A stretch of 64,000 nucleotides of DNA from Yuukianura sp. NJ FZ-2021 (lineage: Eukaryota), in assembly GCA_046563655.1 (NCBI GenBank), contig CM102285.1, forward strand, positions 310,001-374,000, given 5' to 3'. Positions 1-13,950 of this stretch are shown piece by piece. Position 1 is the stretch's first letter, and each line of letters opens with the position of its first letter. The position numbers and the translations under genes are program-made. The notes beneath the pieces are model-generated. The model had not been told where the DNA came from. It saw only the letters and a program-made list of their open reading frames with translations, and ran no database searches.

Positions 1-3000
1 CTGAACTCTTCGACGTGAATTGAATTGAGTTTCGAAATTTTATATTGAAAGTGACAAGTTTTTTGAAATTTTTTGCAAAGAGTCACGTGACGTGGCAAGG
101 TCAGAGGTCAAAATATTATTTTTATGAACTTTTACACACATATTGAAAGCTATCGTAAAGATGTGCATTGGAATTGGAATTCCAGGCACAATTTTCTTTT
201 TTCATCGTGTCTGTTGGATTTCTTTTGAGCTGAAAAGTTGGTACTCTTAACACTGCAGTTGAAAGCTAACCGAACTGAGAGTGTATTGCCTTTAACACAC
301 AATTCAGCATGAGAGTTGCATACAAAATCAAAGAAAAAAGAACAGCGCAGGCGCCAATTTTTGGACAAAAGAAGAAATCCAGTGGAGAAAAGAGAAAGGA
401 AATCTCAGCGCTTTCTTCGCTGTGGTTTTTGTGCCCTTCCGGCTACAGGAAATGCTTGAAATTCCGTTAATGGTCCATCGGAAATCCTTAATACTTGTCA
501 TTACATTTATTTAGTTTACTCTCATACATAGTTAACAACAAAACCCGATTTTTACCACCTATTTTTACCGATTTTACTCATGTCATAACAACCTAACCGA
601 ACAGTTATTACTTTTCATCTTATTCACTGCTTAACTTTTATGAATCATCCGTTGTAACAACAAAGTATAACCACCGACACCATATTTTAAATTGAAAAAG
701 TGATTAAAATCGAGTAAAATTGTAAAGTGGTAAAAACTCTTCTAAGCAATCCTGTACGTGCTTTGTCTTTCTGGTTTGCACAACCTGCGGAATGAGTTTT
801 ATTTTCATTAAGAGGATTGAAGGTTGGGGAGGCAGAGGGCGGGAAACTACAAAAAAAAAAGTTTAATCCATTTTTTCGATTCGCTTTCTCAGCGGTTTTG
901 GAGCGGGGCAAAGTGAGATTTGGATTCAAAAGAAGCCGCCGCAGGAGACAACAAAGATTTTGAGATGAAAAGACAACGAAAGTGAGCTCAGAACTTAATT
1001 TACGAATAGACAAAGAGAGGGAGAAGGGGGGGTTGGTGGAGAGCATTTGTGAGGCGGAAAGACTTGATCCTTTCTTTTGTTCTTTGTCTCAAAGTCCATT
1101 TTTTGCAACTGTGTTGTGTATTTTCAAATTTTCCCGCGGAGGAACCTTTTTGCTTATTTCTAATTTCCTAGCAAAGGAACCTTTTTGCTTATTTCAAAGT
1201 TCCTAGCAGAACCTTTTCGTTTCGCACAAAAATTTGAAATTGAATTAAAAGTTTCGCACTAGGTGCTGCCAGGCGGTTAGTTCTGATCTGTTGAATATTG
1301 AATTTCATTGTAATTATGATTTTGGCTCTCAAAATTCAGAATCAAAATTTTGAATTTGAGCGTATGGATTGTGGAGCCTAGGGGATTCGGAGCGGAGGCG
1401 GTGAGAAATGGAGCTCCGGTGCCCGTTTGCTGTTGATTTTGTTTGGAAAGTGGAATTTTCTTTTGTCGACACAATGGAGAAAGAGCTTAAATAATTTACA
1501 ATTGCTTTCTCTGGGAAATTGACATCTGGAAATCATCCATTCCCCTCCCAACTCCACTCCGACCCTAACTTTCTGAGCTTTCCACGAAAACACAAAATTA
1601 TTTAGCAGTGTTCAACACGGAACGGAACGAAACGATACTCGTTTCCGTTCAGCGTTTTATAACAACAAAAGCCGAAACAAACACACTTTAAAAAAAATAA
1701 CAAATTCATTTCAGTAAAAATTCATTTCAAAACAATGACCAAAACGGTACATCCGAAACTTTTAGAAAGAAAAAAAAACCAAATCCGTAAATTTTATTTC
1801 AAAACAATGAGCGAAAGACAGTTCAGTTGAAATGTTTGAGAAACCAAACCGGTAAAACACATTTGAAACCAAAAGTCGAAACGGTACATTCGGCAGGCCT
1901 TGATTCCTACAAAAATCGTAAACGAGTTTTGACAACACCAAATTTTTTTCAAAATTCGAGCTGTTGCTAATCGAAAAACCGTATCGTTCCGGATACGGCG
2001 TTGGGTTGAACTATGTTTTACATAAGATTGTCAATTTCAGGTGCAGTTTCATTAGGAAAATTGATCAAAATTGAACAAAAAAACAAACTTTTTTTTCCTG
2101 TCTGCCCTCTCAATTATCGTTCTGTCAATTTCCTTTATTTTATGTTTCTTTTATTAGTTCATATTTGATTTCACTTTTTTTAGTACTTGAAATGCGTGTT
2201 TCCGTGTGGCCAATTGTTCAAATGAAAAACTAATTGGAAATCAGGCAGGAATTGAAGACACGGGAAGCGTAAACACATGAATTAGTGTAATTACTGTACT
2301 TTTTAATTGCAGCAATTCACTTTCTGTTTGTTTGGCTTCAAAATTGAAAACAAACTTTTACTTCAAATTTCAAATTTCATTTCCAGGTACTACTAATAGT
2401 TTCGAAATTTCATTTTCTCACTTTCTCCTCTTCAGGATGACATATATACAAAACACAGTGTAATTTTCCTAATAACAAACCAACAAACAATTTAATTAAT
2501 CTTCTCATAAAACTACTCTGAAGCGCTAAAGTTTCAAATTGCTTCAAATTCCTGCCCTTTGCAATAAATTTTCAAAATTTCCGCTGAACGACGAAAACAC
2601 AAAAGCATTATGAGTACAATGCCCTGACCGTAGTAATACAGTAATTATTTCCTTTTTGTATTGTGTGTTTTAAACCTTTGTTTTTAAAACCGAATATATA
2701 AAACTGAAAACCCGGGTGTTTTTGTTTAATAAAATGAAAGAATCCACAACAATGTTGGTCGTTTGGTGAAAAGATGAAAAACAACATAGTTTTTTAAAAA
2801 ATACAAAAGATTTTGAATTATTTCCATTCATTCCCAGTAGTAAAAGCGTAGGTTTGTGAAGTTAAAGGATTTCAGCCAAGGTTGTTTTCGGAGTTGTTAG
2901 GTTTTGTTTTCAGGTTAGTCTAACCAAAAAGTCTATGAGGATTAGGTTTTCTATGCCTCTCAAAAGTAAGTCAATAGTCGTGTATTATGCAGCAGAGGAA

Positions 3001-3352
3001 AGGAGACGAGGAAAAACCAAACGTTTTTGACAACACGAGTCACAAAAAAAAGTTTTTTGAAAATCCTATCTGTATTACTGAAAAAGTTGTTCAAATAAAT
3101 CCTGTAGTTGGACAAACAATTTTTTCCTTGGTTTAAAATGTTTTACAATTAAATTTTCAGTTTCAACAGTTTTGAAAATTTTTAACGGTGTTGGAAAAGC
3201 AGTAAATATAATCGATTATACTCGACTTTTTTCGTAAAGTGATTAAAATCGGGTTGACGAAGAACCAAAAAAGGCTAGTGACAGACACATGCCCATTACT
3301 TCAAATTAACTTTCTCTTCTCATCATCTTTCAGACGCATTGCAGCTCAAAAG

Positions 3353-4393
3353 AAACAAGGTAGGGCGATGCTCAAGGGTTGAGCATAGGTCTTCTGGAGG
3401 GAGTTGACAATTGATGCGACTTAAACCGGTCTGCCTCAAAACTGTAGAAGAACTGAGAAACCGTTTTCATGTAGCGGATGTACCAAAACGTCGTTCAAAA
3501 TTTTCAGCGCGGATGTGAGGTCCTATTTTGTGCATGCGTTGAACCAAAACTGGGTTGGCAATGACATTTAAATGCACTAAAATCATGTTCCAGTTTTGAG
3601 CCCCAAAATATTTGCACTAAATTGATGTTCTTAATTTGTTGAGCAAGATGCACATAATGTTAATGTATTATCGGTGTTCCCGTGGCAATGTACCATTAGC
3701 GAAGAGAGCGTGAATCAAACGGCGCCAAAATAATGATATCGAAATTTAGCTTTGTGCATCATGTAACAAAATTGAACGCTGAGGAGCATGCGTCGAATAT
3801 CCATTCTTTTAAATCAAAATTGGTTCATGTAAATGCACAACTTATGTATCCTCGTTTATGTATCCTTGTTGGTCAGAAGTGTGCATCATGCATGCACAAA
3901 AATGAACGCTGGCTCGAGTGGTCGGATATCGCTTGTGAAATTCGAAATTATAAAAATTTCTAGTAGTGCAACTTTGACCCCTGTTATTCACTATTCACAT
4001 GCTAAACAGTTAAGCCGAATTTTCCACCCTCTGATCAGTCTTAACTTAACAACATAATTAAACATACTGCCAGAAAATGACCAGATCAAGAATTCGTTGT
4101 TTACAAATATTTTGAGTACAATCGAAACCAAAACAGTTTTGCGGAGCCACGATACTGCGGGTACGTAAAGTAGCCTCAGACTTCTACGTTGTTAATGTAC
4201 GAGTTTGAGTGCAATGTAGAGGTACTGAAAATTCTTGAGCCATACATAACCCCCCGACTGCGATGGGGCTAATGTTTCAGTACAATGAGTACTAAAAAAC
4301 GTGACAGACGGACAGACAGACAGACAGACGGACAAAGTCGTATCAATAGTCTTCTTCAGCACGTCGTAGACGTGCGTCTCCAGAAGACTAAAA
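3353..4393 (-). mobile_element. Non-autonomous Helentron-associated element (HINE/DINE-1-like), copy 1
   Basis: Subterminal inverted repeats GTCTTCTGGAG (3389-3399) and CTCCAGAAGAC (4378-4388). There is a hairpin TAGTCTTCT..GCACGTCgtaGACGTGC..AGAAGACTA next to a GACA/GACG (GTCY on the minus strand) microsatellite at ~4303-4334, and a stem-loop ATGCTCAAgggTTGAGCAT (3368-3386) at the other end. Flanks are A/T-rich with no TSD. A homologous copy lies at 12646-13613. This matches the DINE-1/HINE layout. Confidence 0.8.
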
Positions 4394-6498
4394 TTACTTT
4401 AAGGTTTTCTTTTTCTAAAAAATCCTCAGAAACTTTTGCGATTTTTTTAAAAAGAGCAGTTCTAAGAAAACCGCCAACTTCAAAACATGCTAGAAAAAAG
4501 TAATGCTAAAAGAAAAAAGAACGAAGCGGGCGGATGTGCATGGGTTTGGCTGCGGGCTGAAGAGTGGGAGAAACTTAATACGTTCCTCTTCGCCCACTCT
4601 TTTTAAATATACTTTAAAATTTGAAAGTGCGCGAGAACGGAAGACAAACAAAGGAAATTTTAAAATTAATTCTTCAAAAAAGAGAACTTCAAAGACCTTG
4701 GCGTATCACGAAAAAGAAAGATTTTGTGAAACTAAATTCAAATTTTCGTTTTTGGTTGAAAATTTTAGAAAAAGAGGAATTTTTTTGCCACGCCTCTTCA
4801 AACTCAAAGGTTCAAAAACACATAAAATGTTGGGAGGAAATTAGAGTTGGTTGAACTTTTCTCTAAAAAAAACAAACTTTTTTTTAGAAATGGGGGAGGG
4901 GATGATGGCTGTGGTGGGGAGAAGTGAGAAAATTTGAGGGTTTCCTAATAAACGGAAATTGGTAGGCAGAACTAAATGAGTTTCTCTAACTTTTCTCCGG
5001 GCAACAGTTACGAAAGAGGAAAGACCGACACACATTCTGGGTGTAAATTGTTCAACAACAACTACATCAACAACAATTCATACAATAAACATAAACATAT
5101 AATAACACACGTAAGATACATACGTACTTATACATACACAACACATATGCGTATACATTAACGCGAATGTATTTGTTGATCCAATTATCGTTGACATTTT
5201 TGTATAAAAATTCTCAGAATCTAAAAATCTTTGACGACATGAGATAAAATTGTATACAGTCAGATATTCCAAAATGGTTTCATTTGTTGACCGTTTCGTG
5301 TCGACCGAATTGCTGTTGACATTTGTGACACTCTCACCCTCAACCCTAGTACTATAAACTCGGAGAAGATGCCTTTGAAGAAGAAAGTGAAGTGGAGATG
5401 ATTGGAAGAATTAATTTCCTCCTCATTTCCCTCTCTCCACTTTCACCACTTTCCCCAGCAAACAATAAACGCAACACCAAAGTTTCAAATCCCAAATTCA
5501 CTTACAACCCACAGCACTAATTAACAGGAACCGAGTAAAAGAGCGGGAAACTTACGTTAGGATTCAAATTTAACACATAACTCTCAACATGTCTTCATTT
5601 ACTTGTACTAAAAACTGAATTAAGCCCAATTCTCACCTCCAAAAACAATCCAACAAATTTAGTCGTTAGGTTTTAACATTTACAATTTTTACAATTTTTA
5701 ACCGTTACACCAAAAATTTGTAACGGAAAACTGTAACCGTCAAAGTCAGATTCTAATTTTAATTTATCATATTTCAAATAGAAAACTTTAACTGTTAATG
5801 CAACGATTGATCCGTGTTTGTCACGGGAAAAAAAATGCAACCAAACACGAAATTTGTAACTCAACAAAAAGTTTGTAACTGAACAGAAAATTTGTTTCAG
5901 TTTGAGAGTCGTAACACTAAAAAGTGAGTGGATCAATACTTAAGTGAGGGCGGGAAGAGTAAATTGTGCAATTAGACCAAGGATGGCGCCCTATTGATTA
6001 TCCCTCCTTTCAATTTTGGCACTCTTATCTTCCCTGTTCAGCCCCGCCCCCAAATTGCTCTGTTTTGACAAGACGTAATTACTACATGGCGGGAACATTC
6101 AAAAACTAATAGTCTCCACTTTCCACGCATGATACCATATCAAAATTTCAAAAACTCAACTGTTACCCTCAAAATGTCAAAATTCTGACATTCTAATGAT
6201 GTAAGGAGAAAGTCCATCGGTCTTACTTAAGTAGCGACATGCATCAATCAAGCTTAGGCGATCATGGTACCGTAATAACACTAACTCAGCCCCATCGTAA
6301 TCCTCCTCTAATCCTAAAAGGTAACAGCTTGCCATAACTTTTTACGATCATTTCCGATTTTTATAAGGTCTAATTTCACAGAGCAGAACACACCACAATT
6401 TTCACAAAAAAAAAGTACACGCGCGGTAAATTACGTTTAAGTTACACTGAAAAAAAGAGCAACATGTACGTGATTGTCCGTCAAGTTTTTCTTAGTAA

Positions 6499-6971
6499 AG
6501 CCATATGCACACCAAATCTATAAGAGATCCACTTTAGCGTCAAACAGACGCGAAAAAAAGAAAACACCGTGAACGTCAATGTAAGAAGACAAATACAAAC
6601 GCGAACGTGCGACGTAAAAAAATGACGTAGACGTAAAAAACTAGCGCCGAAAAGTGTTATAAGTTAAAAATAGGGAAGTTGAACGTGAAAAATGAAACGT
6701 AGACTATGAACATGAAAAGTTAAGAAATGAAAAGCCATGGCTAAAAGTGAACGTGAAAAATCGAGTAAAAGTAGCGAACGTGAAAACTTAAACAGTGAAC
6801 ACCTAAAACAAATAAAAACTCAAGCTGGACCTTGCGGTGAAAAAGCCAACACAAAAAGTGAACAAGTTAAAAAGTGGACGTGAACGTGAAAAGTTGAAAG
6901 TTACAAAGTGAAACGCGGAACGCGAAAAATCAAAAGTGTAACGTCCAAAGTGGTGATGTGTGAACGAGGCT
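6499..6971. mobile_element. Degenerate PIF/Harbinger-like MITE with internal GTGAACGTGAAAA-type repeats
   Basis: Imperfect terminal inverted repeats AGCCATATGCACAC and GTGTGAACGAGGCT, flanked by TAA and TTA. The interior consists of degenerate AAAAGTGAACGTG units. Confidence 0.4.
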
Positions 6972-9900
6972 TTATGCGTGAGTTAATTGGGTTTTGGCAG
7001 GAGGTGTTTGTTCTGGAGATTGGAAGAGAGGTGATGTTTTATTCATGAGAGAAGGAAAAGATCTGGAGGTGGATGTGTGACCTCCACTAAGATCACTTCA
7101 TCTTCACACTCTTTTCTTTAGGTTAGCCTAACTTTTTTAGGCTAACGTTAGGCTAGGGTGGAAAGTGGGAATGCCTGTTGGAAGTTTCCACACGGATCTA
7201 ATCTAATGTGTCAATAAAACCTCATAAACGAACCTACGCTCTCAAAAAAGAGAGGGAAAAAGAGAGAAAACTCTTGAAATTGGAATAGGGATGAACTCGA
7301 CTGGGGCAAAGTGAGATACATTTTTTTTTTATTCCTCCGTTTCTTGCATTAGGTTAAGGATTAGGTTAGTAGCCTTAAGGCCTAAGGAGACCCATGTGTC
7401 ACATCATATTTCACGTCTTTTTAGTGTGTATCCTTGCAAAAGTAAAAGTAAAAACCTAAAACCTCACCTGAAGCAAAAGTTAGCCTAACCTTAACCTAAA
7501 CGTAGCCTAACGTATCCTAGCAACACACGGAAAACTAGAGACTGGTGCAGCAAAATGAATAAAGCAAACAAAAAAGGAAAAAAAAGTAAAAGTAAAAGTA
7601 GAACTTTTAGATGAAAAAAAAACGCGAAAAAAGTATTCAAGGAACGAAAAATATCAAAAGAAAGCCAAAAAGGAAAAAAAAAATTGAAAAGTAAAAACTA
7701 CAAAAAAATTTAAACCGTGAAAACATGGTGAGGTTAGCAAAAATGAAAGAAAAAAGAAACAGGAAATGGAAATGTTTCGGAAAGTGGTCAATTTTTGAAC
7801 TCGAAAACTCAAAACTTAATATTGGCGCCATTTTGAGATTATGTACGGAAAAGCAGTAGTGGAAAGGAAGATTTTTGAAATGGAATTTAAAAATCCATCG
7901 GATTTTCCCGCTCTTTTTTTTGAGAAATAGAGAAAGCATGTTTGGAAAAATCCCCCTGGGAAGGCAACATGTAAGTTCACAAGTCACTTTCTTCCTTGCT
8001 CTCTCGTCGTTTTCTTAGAAAACGAGTTTTTTGGTCGTTTCGTTTTTCGAAAAACGAAACAACGAAGAAAGTTCTCACGACTTCTTCTGGTTGACTGGCC
8101 CTTGTCCCAAGTGCCCTCACTCAATGTCCTCTTAAAACATTCTCACTCCGTTTGTTCAACTAAATCCTACACGATAACTTTGTACAACGTGATCCACATG
8201 TTTACGAATTTACAAAGTTGTCCTCAAAAAGTTGTACAAAGTGTTCCAAAAGTTATGAATTCACGAACTAACTTATCCTGAAGAACTTGTACAACGTGTT
8301 CCAAAAGTTAAGAATTTGCGAACAAACTTATCCAAGAAAAACTTTTACAACGAAGAAAACCAAATATGTACAAGATGATCCGGAGATTTTTAGATCTTGG
8401 AAAAGCTTCTCTCTTAAGTTTTTTTTTCTTTTACATGCAGAGTTAAGTTTTTTTTTTTTACTTTTCAAAGTAAGTTTCAAAAATCAAAAGCCACAATGTA
8501 CGAAGTGGTCCAACAGTGATACATTCTTTCAAAATATCGCAGTGAACGACTTTGTACAGAGTGATCCAAAAGCGTTGACTTGTTGTGAAAGGATCAACTT
8601 GTCATATGCCTTTTCACTTTCGTACGTGACCCGACTTGTAATTTTTCTGCAAATTCTTCCGTCGTGTTCCGTGAGAAAGTTTCGCAGTTTTAAAAAATTC
8701 ACGTTTAGCACTAATTTTTGAAATTCTTTCGCGGGAACTTGACATACTTTTAAAGCCGCTCCAAATCCTACTTAAGAATCTTTGAAGTATGCTTGACCTT
8801 GACCTTTGACCTCTCTTAGGTCACAGTAATGCTCATGACATTGAAGAAATAAAGGTCAAGTGAAGTACACTCTTTGATCTACTCTTTTCCTTTAAATTTT
8901 GAATATAATTGGAGAGGAGTGGGAGATTGGAGGATTCTTTTCCACTCCCACACAAAAAGTGTGGTAATTTTGAATTTTCTTTGGCTCAAAATGAAGAAGA
9001 GAAGAGAGTGGGATTGTTTTTAATTTGAAATGACAGAATAATAAAGTAAACTAGAATCCACACGTCGAGCACATCCAGAGTTCCACCACTTCCCGAAAAG
9101 ATAGACTTTTAATCACTATGAATTAAACTCGGTTAAAAAAAATCCAACTTTCACTTTTAAACGTTTCAATTTTTCCAACTTTAACTTTTGTGTTAAAATT
9201 CATAATTCTCACGCAGTTTTCAACAGTCATAATTAACAACACCGCTGAAATATTTCATTTTCTTAAAGCACGTATTTGAAAGCATGAGCCTGGCCGTAGT
9301 TCCAAACTATTGGAAAAGTCACACTTCAAAACTTATAGCAACAAGTTACCCACAAAGTTTGCCAATTTTGTTACTCTTCAGATCACACAACACTCGGAAG
9401 AAAACAATCTGCACAAAATCGGGTATAATTCAAAGTGATCAAAACTCGCTTGTCTGTTTTTCTTTCTATCCATGTGATGAAGTCGGTTCTTTTCAGGCGA
9501 ACGTTCCAAATTAAAGAAATGTCTAAAGTCAAAAAAGTTTAATTTCTTTGGAATTATGAGTGATTAAAATCGACTAAAACCAAAAGTGGTTTAAAATTGT
9601 ATTGCTTAAGAGTAGATGAGTCGCTAGGTTTAAAGAATGTTCTGTCGCAGTGTAAGTAGTGAATGACTCCCGTGGAACAATGGATGGAGACAGAAAGAGC
9701 AGAGTTATGTCTTTCTCTCACTTTCTCCCACCTTCTCCTTTCTCCAAACTAAAACCTGGTTTCTGCCCATTATCTCCAATCCCATCCATCCATCCTCCTA
9801 ATACCCTAAATTATAAATAACACTGTATACATTACACTTTATGTTTCCACACTAAACACAGAACCTCACTAACATAAACTAAAACCTAAACTTACTAACA

Positions 9901-12495
9901 TAAACTCAACTCTAACCTGAACTTATTCAGCATTAAACCAAACGCTACACCTCCTTCTTTTCCGCTTTCCCGAAAAAAGTAACACCATAAACTCCACCTG
10001 TCATCCCAAAGCTCCAATTTCTCAAAACAAAAGCCATAAAAACAACAAAACTTTTAACCAACATTTAGCATCACGAGCAATTAGCATCAGTAAGTTAGTT
10101 TCCAGAAATTTTGCATCACTACGTTAGTTTAAAACGTGAAAATTTAACTCACGTTTTAGCCCAAATTTTAACTAACTGGAGAATCCTAAACATAAAAGGT
10201 TTTTAGAAGAAGCATTTTGGTTAACATTTGAATGGGAAATGGAACAAAATGGATGGAATGAGGAAAACTAAACAAAATTTAACAACAGAGCAACATGTTT
10301 ACGCTAACTTTCACTTTCTCGCTGCTTTTCTTTCAACATTTCCTTGATGCAGCAAGATGCCATACTTTTATGCTGTGTTTTGGCAATGTAAGGAAGGAGC
10401 CTGGTGAAAATATTGTTTGACTTTCACTTGATTACAACCATTATGTGTCTGTCCTCTCTTCTGTAAATATTTTCATCCGCTCGCTCTTTCTCTAAATTTT
10501 ACATAAATTTTGAACCAAAAAACTCAAAAACATGAAAAAAGTGTAGTGCGTCATACAAAACAGGTTCTCTCCTTAAGTTTGCTCTTGGCGCTTGTTAGCA
10601 AACGCAAAACTCTAGTTGGAAAATAAATATTTTAGTAGTGCACGACTCTAGAAAAAATAGTATTTGTCATAAAAAAAAAGTTAAAAGTGGGACACGAGTT
10701 TAAAAAGAAATGAAAAAGTCTACGCACAACTCTTAAAAAATTCATCTGAACACAAATTTTAATTTAAAAAAATATTTCAGTGCCGGCGGTTTCCAACAAA
10801 AAAAATCAGTGCCTGTACTTAGAAAAAAAAATCTCAGCGATGCAATTTAGTGAAAAACTTTCAGCCGTGAACAAATTTTTGTTAAAAATAGTTCGAAAGG
10901 AAAGATGAACAGAAAAATTCCACAGGTGATTAAAATCGATCCAAACAAGTTTTAATCAGCTTTCTTCATGTTTTAATCGAATAGTGTTAAAATGGAAATT
11001 CGAGGAGTTGCTTAAATCCCGTTTCGTTTAATTAGAAAATATTTTAGTGACAGTGATAACGAGAAGTGCAGAATATTAATGATCGAGACACACAGGAGTC
11101 TCATTCTTCAGAAAATTTCGTTTTCTTCAAAAATTAAAATTCGGAAAACTAAATTAGAAATAATTCTAGGCGACAGTGAATAATATACAGTTGGAAATTA
11201 AGAGTCCCCGCACGCAGGATTATGAAGTTCTAACTTTTGAAATTCCCTCCAGGAAACGGAGGTTTTGAGTTCTTAACTTGTTGAATCAGTTGAAATGATG
11301 TCTTTGTAGAGCAGAGTCACAATATGTCACACCAAAGTCCAACTGTGACACAAAGTCCAATTAATGCCACTCTCTTCCAACTAATCAACTTGTGCCACTG
11401 TCACACTCACACAGACTACCAACTTTTTAAAACTTCCCGCCATTCCCCCACTCTCTACCTTCATTAATTATCTTCCAAAACATAACAACCGAAAGATCTA
11501 ACCTCAATCGGATTAACCCATGAGCAGATTTATCCATTAAAACTGAGATACATTACCTAACCACAAATTTAGTCAGCACTCATTACCTAAACTCACATTT
11601 AATATCTAAACATAATTCAGGTAAACAAAATGTATACACCTACATGTAAACACCAATGTTGAGTTCCAAAAGTGACTTTAAAAGCCTTCATTCATCATTT
11701 TTTAGGGAAAAGGGGAGACAGAGAGAGAGAGAGAGAGGATAAAAACCACATTTTAATGCAATTTCATGAAAAGAAAATTATTTTTTAGAAAACATATTTT
11801 TAGAACGCAACATAAAAAGCGGCTTGCCACACACCTGATGCACACCATACAAATAATACTTTTTCTAAAAGCTTTTTCACGTTTTTGTCAGTTTTCTAGA
11901 CAAAACCTGCTTGGTTGAAAATGGATTTTGTATTTGTTCAAAAAAAAAGAGTTTGTTCAATTACACTCTTTTCTAAATTTTAAAAAGTGAAGGGGTTACT
12001 TTTTCTTTTAAAAAAAAGTACTTTGCAGATGTAGGAGAAAGCAAGGAATGGCGCGTGTTTTTTTAAATTTAAAAAGGCACTTTTGTTTTTTTAAGTTTTT
12101 CAAGCGGAAGAAAGTGGATGGGGGCTTAGGAGGCGCTTGAATTGTTATTCCAAAATATTCAAAAGAGAAGGGAAGAAGAAGGAAAATTTGAAAAAAAGAG
12201 AACTCAAGCGGAAACCGCGGGAAAAAAAGAGAAAATGACAAAAGAAATTTAGCATATTTAAATATTTTCTCGCCCTAGATTTCACGTATGGATTTTGAAA
12301 AAAGAGAGCAAACACCGTTTGACTTTTTACTTGCAAAGCTCGATAACGAAAAAGTGGAAAAAACAATTTTGTACAGAATGATTCAAAAATATAAGAAAAA
12401 AAAACACTTTTAAAAAATTCATTGTTGACCACACGGTACTTTGAATGACGGAACGATAAATTTCCAGGTTTCAATTCCAATCTGATTGGAATAAA

Positions 12496-13732
12496 TTTAA
12501 GGTTGTTTGACACTTTGGCAGACGAAAATAAATAGCAACGGCGCCAAATTTCAAACAGGAAACGAAACTCAAAATATATTGCAAAACACTTTGTGCAAGA
12601 ACACATTTGTTTGCACAATTTCAAAAATTCAAACACCAACGTTACAACAAGGTAGGGCAATGCTCAAGGGTTGAGCATAGGTCTTCTGGAGGGAGTTGAC
12701 AATTGATGCGACTTAAACCGACCTGCCTCAAAACTGTAGAAGAACTGAGAAACCGTTCTCACGAAGGTGATGCTGATGCACCAAAACGTCGCTGAAAATT
12801 GTCAGTGCGGATTTGAGGTCCTAGTTTGGGCATGAGTTGTACCGAAATTGGGTTGGCAATTCTACCATTTAATTGTACCAAAATCATTTTACCGTTTAAT
12901 TGAACCAAAATCACGTTGAGGCCCAAAATATCTGCATTGAATTGATGTTGTTAATTTGGTGTGCACAAAATGCACAAAATTGAAAGTTAAGAAGAAGGTG
13001 GTCAAATATCGTTCTTGATTCATGTTCTTCATTTGTTGAGGAACATGCACATAATGTATTGTCGATGTTGTCATGGCAATGCTCACGGTAGTTCTCAAAC
13101 CTGCACAAACCTTCAATTGTGTGCATCATGCACAAAATTGTACGTTGTGTGGTAGGAGTCCAATATCGTTTCTTTAAAATCAAAATTATAAAAATTTCTT
13201 GCAAAAGCAAATTTGAACCCTGCCATGCACTGTTTACATGTTACAAATTTAAGCCAGAATTTCTACCCTCTGACAAGGTCTAATTTAACAACGTAATTAA
13301 ACATACTGCCAGAAAATGACCAGATCAAAACTCCGTTGTTTATAAATGCTTTGAGTGCAAAACAGTTTCGCGAAGCCACGATACTGCGGGTACGGAAAGT
13401 AGCCGCCCACTTCTACGTTGTTAATGTACGACTTTGAGTGCAATGTAGACCTACTGAAAACTCTTGAGCCATACTTAACCCCCCGTCAATAATGGGGCTA
13501 ATGTTTCAGTGCAATGAGTCCTAAAAAACGTTACGGACGGACGGACAGACGGACAAAGTCGTATCAATAGTCTTCTTCAGCACGTCGTAGACGTGCGTCT
13601 CCAGAAGACTAAAAGTACTGAAAATATTTTTAAAGGATTTCATGGAATTTTCAATTTGAATTTCTAAATAGATAGAAGAAAATAAAAAAGATTTATTCTG
13701 CACTTTTTTCAAAAAAAGCAGACTTTCGGAAA
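12496..13732 (+). repeat. Left copy of a ~260-bp direct repeat (12496-12645 plus ~13611-13732, split by the HINE insertion)
   Basis: With the HINE removed, it aligns by eye to 16299-16557: TTTAAGGTTGTTTGACACTTTGGCAG...TTGCACAATTTCAAAAATTCAAACA...AAAGTAYTGAA...AAGCAGACTTTC. Confidence 0.85.
12646..13613 (-). mobile_element. HINE/DINE-1-like element, copy 2
   Basis: Same termini, stem-loop, subterminal inverted repeats and GACR microsatellite as 3353-4393, with a more diverged interior. It is inserted in an A-run (TT on the element strand) relative to the empty paralogous site at ~16447. Confidence 0.85.
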
Positions 13733-13950
13733 ACTTTGGGCTCAAATCCTGTCAATCCTGAAATTTCATCCGTTTTAATATCCGTTTTAAGTTTTAATTT
13801 TGTCAAATTGAGTTAATTAGCGAAAGTGTTGTATAAGTGCGAAATAAAATTTGAAATTGGTTCCGAAGAAACTATAAATTGTTTTGGTTATTATTAATAA
13901 TACTTGTGGTTTTCCTTCAGCTTAAACCAACTAACAGCAATTCGACCTCA

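Noticed and set aside
1606-2015. Possible hAT-like MITE (CAGTGTTCAAC ... GTTGAACTATG; AACGATAC/GTATCGTT)
   Set aside because: The inverted ends are too degenerate and no 8-bp TSD is visible.
7110-7520. TTAGG/CCTAA motifs as interstitial telomeric arrays
   Set aside because: Only scattered 1-3 unit occurrences, which are common throughout the window and inside MITEs.
1-12490. Many short ORFs in the ORF track
   Set aside because: Low-complexity K/F/L-rich translations of AT-rich DNA, mostly with non-ATG starts, no domains and no consistent splice pattern.
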